Both the position numbers and the translations under genes were made by a program. This document shows positions 13,184 through 25,486 of a stretch of DNA of 64,000 bases, piece by piece. The stretch comes from Chrysomallon squamiferum (taxonomy: Eukaryota; Animalia; Mollusca): assembly GCA_012295275.1 (NCBI GenBank), contig CM022672.1, positions 2,790,001-2,854,000 of the forward strand, read 5' to 3'. How positions within the stretch are numbered: position 1 is the stretch's first letter; every line of letters begins with the position of its first letter. The notes beneath the pieces were generated by a model. It did no database searches. It saw nothing but the letters and a program-made list of their open reading frames with translations, and was not told where the DNA came from.

Positions 13184-16003
13184 CTAGACTTGCGTGAACA
13201 CACGAGGTTTAATCATCTTCTCTATCAGACCCAAAAGTTTGCTGCCGTACGTTGCCATGTTGTGAAGAGATTTCGAGAAAGCATTCCACGTAACTATAAG
13301 CATTTTACGATCCCTTAAATGTCTAGCGACTTCTTTCCGAGACAAGTTTCTGTTATTTTTCTCTTCTGTTAATGTATTCCGTCTTTGTGATACTGTTATC
13401 TCGGATCTGTCTGCCTTCCCGTTTCTCAGGAATCCTGTTGCAGAGATGCTGGCGTTTGTTTTCCTGTGGATGATATCGGATGGTGCAGTAGTGGTGGTTC
13501 TCGTAACAATGCTAGAAGAATAAAAGGGTAAAGGTTGCTCTGTGTTTGTCAAAACGGCTGCTGGTACTGAAGGTACTTTGGGCTTCATCGTGTTAAATAT
13601 TTGCTTCTGATCTACTTTTGAAACTGGATGGCGGTTATCCATTAAGTTCAGTGTTTCAGATTTAGTTGTTGCTATTTGGGACTGACTGTTAACGTGCACA
13701 GATGGAGCTTTTGTCGTATTTTCTGTTTCGGATAAAGACTGGGGCAAAGGATTTTCTTTATTTCCTGGAACTGAAATGCGTCTTGCTCTTGACGAGCTTT
13801 CTGCATTTGTAATAATGGGTACTGGTGCGTTAGCCAGCATATTTCTTAATTCGCTTTTATTTTCCATGCGAGGCGGGTGGTTCTTAACAGCTGTTGTTGA
13901 GACAGACGATCTTCCCGTCGATGTCACCGCAGGTGTTACTGTTGAAAGTGAGGGACCACTCAATACCTGTTTGTTATTATTTTTAGAAACTATATCAGAT
14001 CTGTCAACTTTGCCATCGAAAGGAATTGAGACTGACTGTGGATATATCACACTGCTTTTTCCTTCAGTAACCATCTGTTTATTGAATCCAGTATGTCTGT
14101 TAGATCGAATGACGGGCAAAAGGCCATTTGATGACTGAAATCCAATTCTGTTAACAGGAATAATCGACATTTGTGATGGTTTTGCCAACTGTGTTGTCTG
14201 GTAAAATGCGGAAGTAGGTATGAGGATATTGCCATTGGTCTTTGCTCTGTTCATGGAAGGTGACATAAAACCAGATTTTTGCAACCCTGCATTTAAACGG
14301 TTATTTATAGTTAGAAATTTTGCAGCGTTATTTGCCGGATTAAGTCTTATTCTGTTCGTTGCTTTCGGGCTTTTGTTAACTGTAACTGATTTAGATCCGC
14401 CATTTGATTCCTGAAAACCAGTTTGAGATTGTCTGAACTGTGAAATCAAAGGCATGACAATCTGTCTAGATTGCGGAGACAACACTTTGACGATGTTGTT
14501 AATTTTGTCAAGAACTGTTCTCGTTTCGAAAGAACCAGACGAGGCGAGATTTTGTTTTTCGTTCCACAAGCGAGAAAGCTTCATTAACAGGGAGATAACT
14601 CTAGTATCAACTGTGTTCGGTTTGACGTCTTTAACCGTCTTCGACGATCTTTTAGTATTTAGATTCATCTGAACAGCAGCTGACGGAAGTTGGCCGTCCA
14701 TTTTCGGTAGAGAGTTTTGTAGGTTTGTCTGCAAACCGCCATTAGAGGCTGAATTACTCATGAAATTCTTTCCAAATGGTTGTTGATATATGTTGTTTCC
14801 AAACTGCCCATTTCGTACGGAGTCTGAAATGAGTTGACTTAATATCAGTGGGTTGGTTTTATTGTTAACAAGATTCACAGGAGCCTGCGACTCGGTTAAA
14901 GATTCTTCCAACTTTTCCAACAAATGTCTTGGATAGTTTCTAAGTACTTGGATGTCTGCTATGTCCATTCCTGCCGCCAACGCCGCTTGTGCTTGTCTTC
15001 TCACTTCAGGTGACAGCAAAGGAGGCGTTTCGTTTATACTAGCGACGTCTACTCCTGATACAACTTCGGACGATGCGGTTGTGCCCATCGATTTATTGAT
15101 GACATTGCCGATTGCTTTACTGCTGAGCAAAGCACTTCCTAAGACCTTCTTTGCTGATAAGTATGGTGACCAGTTATTCCAAGGAAAATTCGGTAAATTG
15201 GTTAGTCTTTGTCGTTTTCGTTGGACATTGTTTGGTAATATTTGTCCTTGCGTTACAATTAGGAGATACAGAATGAAAATCTGAAAAGTCAAAAGCATTT
15301 GTTTAAGTATTTTGAACAATCCCCCGTGAAACAAGGACACGATGGCTTAAATGGTTCATCTATACAGCCACCCTATTGTCGCAACTATGAGTCTAGATAA
15401 CAAAAAGGCTGCATCCGACATCTTATTGTTGAAGTTTCATTAGCAGACTGGAATCCAAATACAAATAAAACAGTAAGATGGATACAGAGAATGCAGGCAT
15501 GCTGTTATTTCGTTAGACTGCATTTACTTTGGTATTTCTTTTACACATAAATAAGAGATTATTCATTTATTTAGCGATTATCTCTATTAATTGCATTTAT
15601 TAAACTGCAGATCTTTTGCATTTTCGATCCCCTAATTACAATGCCTGGTTCTTAAGTACGCTGTACGGGCAAACAGGTGGCTTATCGACAAAACCCTTTT
15701 GTTAATTATAAACCCTTTTAGAATCGTAAGATGAATAATATATAAATTTCTCGCATAATATATATATATATTTATATCTGAAAAAACCCAACAAACAAAC
15801 AAACAAAAAATGTGCACTTTAAATGATATTGCAGGAGAGGAATAAGAGATATCTTCTTTTTAACGTTTAAAACTTTCAGTCACTGCTACTAACACCATTA
15901 CCACCACTGCTATTTACTACTTGTAACGTGGGTTAATATCATAACGCTGAGATGGTAATAAAGCAATGTTTTAAATACTTACAACAACAGAGCAATGCAT
16001 CAT
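13184..16003 (-). CDS. Orphan secreted low-complexity protein A, 705 aa (S/N/T/K/R-rich, Cys-free mature chain). Exons 16003-15983 and 15280-13184
   Basis: The micro-exon ATG ATG CAT TGC TCT GTT GTT|GTAAGT joins in phase 0 to acceptor TTTTCAG|ATTTTC, giving signal-peptide-like MMHCSVVIFILYLLIVTQG-Q. A 2.1-kb uninterrupted ORF follows, with AATAAA signals downstream of the stop. No recognisable domain. Confidence 0.8.
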
Positions 16004-16373
16004 CGTTATCCTACTGATAATTTCAAACTGAAAAAAACAACAACTACGGAGGGCATAATCCCAGAGAATGTTCTTCATGAGTCATGTTATTTCTAAATTT
16101 GACATTTATGAGACACACAATTATTTACCTGTCGTTTGTTTTTTACGTGTTACCTCGTCGTTGATTGATTGTATGTTGTAATATAATCCGGCATGACAAC
16201 TTTGAATTCCTGAACAATCAGATGACAATAAGAAATATATATATTGTGTGTGCGTGAGTGTGTGGGTATATGGATAGATACAAGATGTATTGAAAAAATA
16301 TTTCCCTTCTGGTCATAATAAAAATGGAGCTGTTTACAGAAAACGAATTTTGTCTTTGTTTTGCAACCGCGCA

Positions 16374-16380
16374 TTTTATA
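16374..16380 (-). promoter_or_regulatory. Candidate TATA box (TATAAAA) for orphan gene A
   Basis: TATAAAA on the minus strand about 370 nt upstream of the ATG. Donor-like sites (~16125-16153) and an acceptor (~16028) fit an intervening 5'-UTR intron. Confidence 0.4.
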
Positions 16381-17051
16381 ATAAAAAAAAAAAAAAAAAA
16401 AAAAATTAAAATTAAAAATATATAATAATACTAAAAATTAAAAAAAATAAATAAATAAATAAAACAAAACGTAAAAACTAAAAATGGATTTAAGAAAAAA
16501 AATCTAAAAAGCATTTAAAAAAAAGAAAAAGAAAGAGATGACCTTCAACACCGATGCACGTAACACACAAACAACTCAAACATTACAGATGCCCCTGTCC
16601 AATAACCGGATATCGAAAAGTGCTCCCACTAACGCATGCCGCCTGCCTTTCAGTAGTTGACAATACTGAACAATATGTAAGTATGTTTCCGGATAGTTAC
16701 AGCGCGGAATTTTGACAGAAATTGTGTTCATATGGGTTTACTCCGTCCATGCATACGCAAGCCCATACACACATCAAAACTGATTAATTTTATTCTGCTA
16801 TTTGTCTACGTATAATGAAGATTGCTCAGATGTTTTTTTTAATTCATTTAAGAACGAGAATAATTTTTACAGAATTGAGTCCAATGCTATCAAATTCAAA
16901 ATATTTTGTCGTAAGCAAATTTATAAATGTTAAAGAAGAATTGTTGTGACTTTTAAAATTATATTACAATTTACGAGAACAACTTTCTTAGATGCACACA
17001 ATACATTATATTACAAAAGAAAAAATAATAACCGTTTCATTAGTGTCAAAT

Positions 17052-20000
17052 TTATGCATCTCTAGGTTTTGAAGGCATAACTAAAAACGTCTTCCTCCCT
17101 ATCTTAACATAAGCAGGCTTGTCCAAGGTTGCTTTTAATTTTGCTATTTGATGCCAAACAGACATTGTAAACTGAGGTCTTCTGTTGCCAGAAGAATGGA
17201 CTACAGTGCTGTTTTTATGAACGATTGGTTGTGAAAGTTTATGATTATCCTTGTTAATAGCATGTTGTTGTAATGTTTTGTTTGACGTCGTGTTGTTGTT
17301 TGGAGATCCCAGTCTTTCTTCGATTAATTTCAATGTCCGCATCTGCAGTCGTATTATTTCCTTCAAAGGCTGCACAAGGTACTGTGGCGTTTCTGTTGAT
17401 GTTGTATTTGGTGGCTGGGAGTTTGGGTGCTGCTGCAGACGTACCAGTTTGATGTTCTCCATTTTTCTATTTTGGTTCTGCCACTGTTCGTTAGAATTTC
17501 CTATAGTTCTCTGATTTCCCATATATGATTCTTGCGAATATTGCTGCTGCTGTTCCCACTGGAAAACTTTAAGAGGTGTACGTTGTCGCTGTTGTTCGTA
17601 CTGTCTTCGCCTTGGTTGTTGCAAATGCTGATAATGTTTAACTTTGTTTCCGGTAAATTTACTTTGCGCAAATTGATCTTGTTGTTGTTGGTATCGTTTC
17701 TGAGGAACAGGTTCTAAATACTGATTTTGACCAAATTCTTGGTTCGAATATTGCTGCTGCTGTCGTAATGGCCTCTGCTTTGAATGTTGTTCAACAGCAA
17801 ACTGTGGATGTCTTTGCTTGTGAATAAAGAGTTGTTGGGAATGCTGTGGACGATTCTCCATATATACAGGAGTCGATACTGGAAACACATTGCCCCTAAA
17901 TTCTTGCTGAAAATCTCTCCGTTGTTCGTACCTTTCTGCAGGTTTTGGTTCTCTATAATACTGTTGTTTCTGACGCGACGGTTTATTTTGATAATATTGT
18001 TCACGTCTGGATGGGCGATATTGTGGCTGTTGTGGCTGATGGTATTCAGATGATCCTGACTGTGAATAATGCCGTCGTTCTTGCTGATTTTGGCGGACTG
18101 GAAGCTCTTCGTAATATTTATCTCCAGTAAAGTATCTTTCTACGGGTGATCGTTGTGAGTATTCGGGTTGTTTCTGCGATACGTATGTTTGTTCTACAAA
18201 CTCTTGACGGATAGATGTAGGTTGTAGCATGTAATTTTTGGCCATAGGTGTCTGTTCTGAATGCTGAAATCCTTCGAGCCTCTGTTGCTGTTGTTGCATT
18301 AATGGTGTCTGTTGTGAACTTTGTCGTTGTAGCTGATTCAGGGAGGATCTAGAAAACTGATTCTGTTGCTGATGTCTCTGTTGTTGATCTACAAATTTAG
18401 ATTCTGGATACGGTTCATTAAGAAAACCTTGTTTCTTCTCTACATTTGGTTGATAAGAATTTCGTCGATTCTGTCCTAAAGATATTATTTCGGAATACTG
18501 CATTTCTGTGAATTGTTGTGGGTGCTCACGTTGTTGCATTATTGGCATCTGTTGTGGTTGCTGTGTCTGTTGTGAAAACTGTCGTTGCTTCTGCTGAGAA
18601 TAGTTTTGTGAATACTGACGTCTTAACGTTTGACGCTTAGGTGTTAATTCTGCAAACTGTTCTGTTGTTTTCGTTTGACTACGCGATGGTTGTGGTTGTC
18701 GTAAACGACGGTTTCTAGATTTCTGGTACACTGGAATTTGTTCGGAATTTTTATTTTCTACATGCGATCCGAATCGAAGTTGTTGTTGCGGTTGCTGCTG
18801 TGTTTGTTTTGGCAGCTGTTGTTGACGTTTCTTGCGTAAAGGAGACTGTTCCACTGTGGAGTGCTGTGCGTAACGTTGATATCGTAGTTGTTCCGGAGGC
18901 GTGTCTTTTACAAACTGCTGCTGCTGTTGCTGACTATTATGCTCTCCAGATTCTTTTACATTCAGCTGTTGTAAATTTTTCTGTTGTTTTTCGAATATTA
19001 AAGAAGATGTCTGTTGAAGTTCTTGTGGTTTCTGTTCTTTCCTTTTTATAGGAGAGATGCGTGTTGCATTTTGTTTTCTTCTGGGCGCACGTTGTAGCCG
19101 ATTTCGTCGTGGATGATGACGGTTCAGTGACTTTTGTAAACGTCGTTGAGGATGTCGCAGTCGAAGTCGAGGTGCAGTTGTAACTTGTGGAAGCTGCTTC
19201 GGCTCTGGTGAAACTTTATGTGCATGATGTATAATTATCTTTCCCGGACCGTTCTGGTTTTGAAGCTGTAGCTGCAGTTTCTGTCTTTTTATGACATTTC
19301 CCTGTTGTTGCTGAAGTGACAGTTTGGTGTGTAAAGTATGTGTTTCAATAGCTTTGCTCCTGCTGATATTACCATTTGTTTTAGGAATGGCGTGATCGAG
19401 ATGTATAAGTGCTGCCGGTACTTGTATTCTGCTCCTACCGTACAGCATTGTAGGGATCTTGTTCATCTCTGCAATATGCTCTATCCAACTCATGATTCCA
19501 TTCAAACCTCTCGTTTGCTCGTCTTTCGTAATGTGTCCCATTGGTGCTTCGGTTGTTGCTTCGATTCGAACATTCCTCCTCAACTGATTCAAGAGCTGGG
19601 CAATCTGAGCGGGCGACAGTCCATGTGGATGACGAAGTGGAATGCGGTTTGGAATAATGACACGTCTTCGGACTCCGATCCTGGGAAAACGAGCGTTCAG
19701 ATTTCTTGACGTCAGCAGTTTTTCTCCAACGACTCCTGTCTGCACCTGCAGAGGCCTGATGTTCGTACCATGCACCACGCGGTCGTGACTTCGTTGCTGC
19801 GTGACGGATCCCACATACTGTCTTGGTGTGAATCTAGGACGTATGCGTAGCAGTCTAGGTCGTCCTAGCAACTCCATTGTGTCTTTTCTTAGTTCGCTCA
19901 TTTCCGACAGTTTTTCTTCAACCTCCGAGCGGCGAGACGCAGACATTGTGGGTCGAGGGACCAGAATATCTCCCCCCAAGGAGGGTAACCTGACTGCTGC

Positions 20001-20932
20001 TTGCCGCCCTACCGTCGGGCCAAGAGATGACGGAATAATCGGAGTCGCTGGTTGTATTCTTGCTGCAGTATCCTGAGATAACATTATTTCGTAACAACAA
20101 AGCCAGCATATCCAAATCTGCGTTTGTAGATAGAAAAATGACAAAGTGAATGATAAATACACACACATAAATAACAGAGTGACAAGCAAATACCTAGGCT
20201 AACACACGCATTCACGCAAGTGTACTCACACAGATCTAAATAGATGTAGGCTTTTTGTTTGTTTGTTTGCCATAAAACTTAATGAATGGATGACTGTTTA
20301 ACTACATGCAAGCGACAAATAATATATCGGCTATTGGGTGCCATTCTATGGTTATAATAACACAATATTTGTTTTAATCTTACGCTTTAAATATATATAA
20401 AGATAAATAAAAATAATAATGATAAAAAAATATTTCTCATAGACGTTTTAAAATATGTGATAAATGCATGTGACGAAAGCATGAAGAAACAGCTTTGAAT
20501 ATGACATATCAGTTTTTCTATAGCTGTAATAAAAATATGTTACAACTCGGACCTATATTTTAACAAAAAATAAATCTAAAGGTATTACTAAATGATATAA
20601 AATAGCAATAATAACAACAAGAAAGATAGTCAGAACTATAATAATATTAATATTTATAAATGAGCAGTACAGCATAGAAGGGGACAAAATGAAATAAAGT
20701 AAAAATGGTCAGTACGATATCTGTAGACCTGATATTAATTAATACATCAACAAATATATAATTATTTAATATATAAACCACACAGACACACACACAAAAA
20801 AACGACACTGTTGTGTGTTAAATCACCAGAGTAAAACATGTACACAATGTCCCACATTTACGCATCGTAAATTCTATAAACAACACAGTTTTAACAATTT
20901 AAAAACTTACTTACGAAGATATCCCTGGCCAT
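17052..20932 (-). CDS. Orphan secreted Gln/Arg-rich low-complexity protein B, 1027 aa. Exons 20932-20915 and 20117-17052
   Basis: The micro-exon ATG GCC AGG GAT ATC TTC|GTAAGT joins in phase 0 to CGCAG|ATTTGG, giving MARDIFIWICWLCCYEIMLS-Q (signal-peptide-like; in-frame upstream ATGs also exist to ~21028). A 3.07-kb open exon follows. No Cys after the signal; Q/R/Y-rich core. Confidence 0.8.
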
Positions 20933-21458
20933 GCTTGCACACAAGCTGATATTGTCTTCATGTAAGAAAGCGAGCGACATTAAAACCAGACGCAGTCCAT
21001 CATTCCTTGCTAACATCAGATTTGGCATGTCCAGTGATTAAGTGCCCGTGTACGGGCTGGTCAGGCGTGTCACTGTGACATTCTGTGTAAAGGTAACGCT
21101 GTTAAGAAGACTGCTTCCCGAAACAGCGACCCGTGATTTGAACTATGAGTATGAGAAGTATGGAGTGTGTCACTGTTCAAGAAAATTACTTCTTTGGAAT
21201 ATTGTGCGAAAACAGTGTTTCGCCTCTTCTTGTACTTTTTTACAAATAACATTTATGTCTGTATCGATATACTAATATTTTGATTATTGTTATAAACGCG
21301 GATATTGGTGGTGGTTGTGGTTGTCGTGGTGAAAATGTGCATAGTTTTCTTGGCTGGCTACAAATTTTAGCAATTAAAAATTGTGATCAACAAGTCACTA
21401 AAATGCTGATGAACACTGTTATAGAAAATTTTCTTTTCAACAACTAGTTACTAAATCC

Positions 21459-21490
<32 letters not shown>

Positions 21491-22155
21491 GTATTTTAAT
21501 CTTGTTGTAAAAAAAACCTAAAATGAGACAATGATCCCTGGTGTATACACAAAATTAAATTTTAGATGTTTGCCACCTCTGCATTGTAGTTACAAGCTTC
21601 CCATATTTATTGACATAGCTTTTAATAAAAGTCATTATTTTGGGAAACTATGCAAGAAGAGAATTCTGCAAAAATTAAAGTGTTTCGACATGAGGCAAAT
21701 GATAATTATTTTATCTAGCTAGATTGCAGACGTGTACAAGATCACTTCTCATTTAAACTTTCATGTCTATAGTGGTTAGAGTTTAGTATTGTTCATGCAG
21801 TTCTCAGCACTTGAATATTAATCAAGTAAACATGCAAGTTGTGAATCACAACTAAATAAAAACAAATTTGTTTCCCTCTCTTTTCAGATGCAGAATACAG
21901 ATGGTCACATCTGGCGTTCCTTAGTTTTCAGAATTCTTACGTAAAATTTTTCTTTTCAAATAATGATTTAACTAATGGAATGCACTCTGTATTGTTACGT
22001 TATTGAAATACTTCGCCTTAAACTCCACAGTTTTACGTAATTGTAGTTGTTTTATTATTTCGTAACACTGTTAACTGTCACCATAAACTGTACTGAAGAA
22101 GCTTTGTCTCTTCCACAAACACAGGCATCAGTAAATGCAAAATTTGGGAAATAAG

Positions 22156-22186
<31 letters not shown>

Positions 22187-22839
22187 AAATAATATGGATG
22201 CAGGTACAGATGATAATGACCAGTTTGTTTTAGTCCATGGATTAAATAATGTAAGTACCCCATACAGTCTTACATTAGTAATAAACTGAGAAATAAAATC
22301 CAGACTGACTGACATTACACTTAGAACATGTTGTTGTTGTTGTTGTTGTTGTAATGTGCATAGCCTTAATATCAATATAGAAACTCTTTTCATTTAGTTA
22401 CTATTACCGGAAGTACAAATGCAAAAGAGACGGGACATGGCCAAGAAGACAAGTCAGTATCAAAATAAAGAAAATGCTAGACTAAATGTAACTATTATAT
22501 TTTAGACTCATCTAACATCGGACCATCTTATTATATTTTATTTTCTCGAACTTTCACTGATATATATAAATAAATAAATAAATATGATGGGTATAAAATT
22601 CTTTCCGCGTCAGAAGATGACATCATTCGCAACACTTTTTTCTGTGAACAGTAAATAATAAATATATTAAATACGACCAACCTTATATTCGTAATCATAG
22701 TCTGTCGTATTCTTATTACATCTGGGGAAAACAAGCTCGCTTGAAAGCTAACACGTAACATAACAAACTGAATTAGAAATCTATCACGCGCTGACAGATC
22801 GCAGTCAAGTCCGCCTGTCACTGACATTTCGTGCGAATT

Positions 22840-23821
22840 ATCTTTTCTGTTTATCCTTTCCTCGCCTTACACCTGTCTTCAGGAAAATACGACGATTATT
22901 TCACAAACTATTTCACTGGCTGCCTGCCGAGGTAATGTGACGGAAATGTTACCAACGCCGTTAATCCCCAGCTAAAGTGTTTTGTGTTGTGTATGCATGT
23001 GTTTTCATTCGCTTCAAAACAACAACAAAAACAAGAACAAAAATAAATAAATAAATAAAAGAAGAACAACAAAAGGTCTATAGTTGATTGATAATTCTTA
23101 TCACAATACTCCGTTGTCTAATGTGTCACATCTGTTCTAACTGTGTGAACATGGAATAAAATTAATATTTATCAAATAACAACTGCGCTTGATACTCACT
23201 TGACTCCCACGTCTGTAATATGCATGGTGAGATTCACGGTGCATTAACTATTTTCAGTATTTTTAGTTTTGCTGATGATACTTTCAGTGGCTGAATGAGA
23301 ACTGATTTCATTGCTTACATAGATAACTTTAGTTAACTTTCCTTTTTTCTTTTCTTCCTCTGCATTAAAAATGACGTATGGGAGGATTTAGCTGCATTTT
23401 AAAATTATTATGCCTTTTACGACATACCATAAATCTGGACGTAACTGCCAGCTTTTAAGAAAAAAAAAAAAAATAAATAATAATAATAATAATAAAAAGT
23501 TAATAAAATTATAAGGTCACATATAAACAGTCAGAATTAACCATTGTTGATACTGTTGATAAATATAAACAATCTGCATCTATAAATATCAGCCGAGTTA
23601 TCGCACCCTGTCAACTGGTTATGACGTCAACGTTTTGTCAGATTTAGAACACAATAAACAAATTGTAATAATTATATCCTTGATGCTGTCGCAGGATTTT
23701 CGATTATATAAGTTTTTTTTTTTTTTTTCATTTATAATATCAATTTACAAGTTTGTTACGAAAATGTATGGATCGGCACTTTGCCAGCTGGATAAGAATG
23801 GATAATGAACACTGAAAGAAG
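22840..23821 (+). ncRNA. Possible spliced non-coding or small-ORF transcript (putative exons ~22842/22883-22931 and 23752-23821)
   Basis: Pyrimidine tract at 22841-22880, donor GAG|GTAATG at 22932, poly-T tract plus acceptor at 23751, strong donor AAG|GTAAGA at 23822, CpG-rich context. No convincing ORF. Confidence 0.3.
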
Positions 23822-24842
23822 GTAAGACTTTACGTTTTTCAGACACAGTTAAGCAGTTGTTGATACTATCTTATTATTTTTGTTTTACTACTTTGAATAC
23901 ATATCTTTAGTCTTATTTACAATTATAATAATTAATATCTAGAATGGTCTCTGTCTTTCGTTGTAAAATACGGTTTAAATGTTTTCTTTTTTATTTAATT
24001 AAAATGTTATTAATTTTCTTCAACCGTTGGTATATGATTCTCTGTTTATGCATGTATTAATGGTATTGTCAGATAATATGACTTGAAAGACATGAAGGTT
24101 CTGTTCAGTTCAGGTCAGACAATGATAGAACATTAACCATTGATGTCTGTGGTAACTAACACCATTCAGAATCCGTGCAAAAACAAACAACTAGTTAACA
24201 ATGTGGAATTTCTCTTTAATTTTTGGCCTTATAAACAGTACAGTGGAAAATAGACATATTTCTCAGTTGAACATAACAATTTTCATGTACTTGAGTACAA
24301 ACAGACAAACAATATCACATTTTACATTAAAATATACAAGTATCTGTTCTGTTGTTTTAGTAGGTTATTTTTGTATTTATTTTATTTTTTCATCTTTTGA
24401 TGATAACATACACAGGCAGTGCATTACTCAGTCTACATCACGAAATACAATTCTGCTTAAGGTATGTACACTTAGTAATGATTTTTGATTTGATAAAGTT
24501 CTTGCAACATGGAATATTTTGTACACTGGGCATTCATTTTGAAAACTTAACAAATAATCTTTATGAATACAAATCTGAAAACAGAGAAATATAAAAAAAA
24601 AAAAAAAAATAGTATGAAAGAAACAACAGAACAACAAAAATTGTTGAAATCTAAAACCTTAGAATATTAATCTTAGTTTTAATACAAACAAGTAATTTAT
24701 CTAGCATGTTGGACATAAAAAAGCCATTTTGGTTAGGTAATAATAAAAGGCGTATGACTGAAGCTCTTTCTACACTTGGCTTTCTGAATAATTTTAAATA
24801 TCTTTTTTAGCCATAGATTTACATTTAATTTCTACAAAATAT

Positions 24843-25027
24843 ATATTTTTTAACATACTATAGGATTAAGATATGACAACTTACATGAAATAATAACAAT
24901 AATAATAGTAGTAGTAGTAATAATAATAATAATAATAATAACAATAACAATAATTCATAATTCAATTAGAAATTAAATTACAAATAAAAATAAATGTGCA
25001 AATTAAACTAATATTTTCACAAAAACA
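24843..25027. repeat. ~180-bp dispersed direct repeat, copy 1 (copy 2 at ~30524-30703)
   Basis: Both copies share TTTTAACATACTATAGGATTAAG(A/G)TATGACAACTTACA...ATTAGAAATTAAATTACAAATAAAAATAAATGTGCAAATTAAACTAATATTTTCACAAA with a variable (AAT)n core. Confidence 0.9.
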
Positions 25028-25116
25028 GATTATGTGCATGCTAATGCATCACACTATATTCATCAACAAAAAAAGAAAGCCAATATATTTTTTAAAGTAA
25101 TTATTAACATCTATAA

Positions 25117-25122
<6 letters not shown>

Positions 25123-25194
<72 letters not shown>
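25123..25194. repeat. (AG)n microsatellite
   Basis: Pure dinucleotide run. Confidence 0.95.
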
Positions 25195-25197
<3 letters not shown>

Positions 25198-25424
25198 TTA
25201 TGTCGATATATTTAAAATTTAGCAGGAATTAAGACACTCCCAACATAATTATTAACTTCAATTAATTTTGGTTATAAATGATTTTTTTTTCTTCTTTTAA
25301 CTGATATTAACATAGTATCTTAACGATAATATAACATTATATCCAAAGTATTAATCTTTATGTCAACAAATATATACAATTTTACTCTACATTACTTTAA
25401 CCTTTTTCTTCACAAAAATTATAG

Positions 25425-25426
<2 letters not shown>

Positions 25427-25484
<58 letters not shown>
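25427..25484. repeat. (AC)n microsatellite
   Basis: Pure dinucleotide run. Confidence 0.95.

Positions 25485-25486
<2 letters not shown>

Noticed and set aside
13776-20076. Plus-strand ORFs overlapping the two orphan genes
   Set aside because: Antisense shadows of long coding exons, with no motifs or coherent splice structure.
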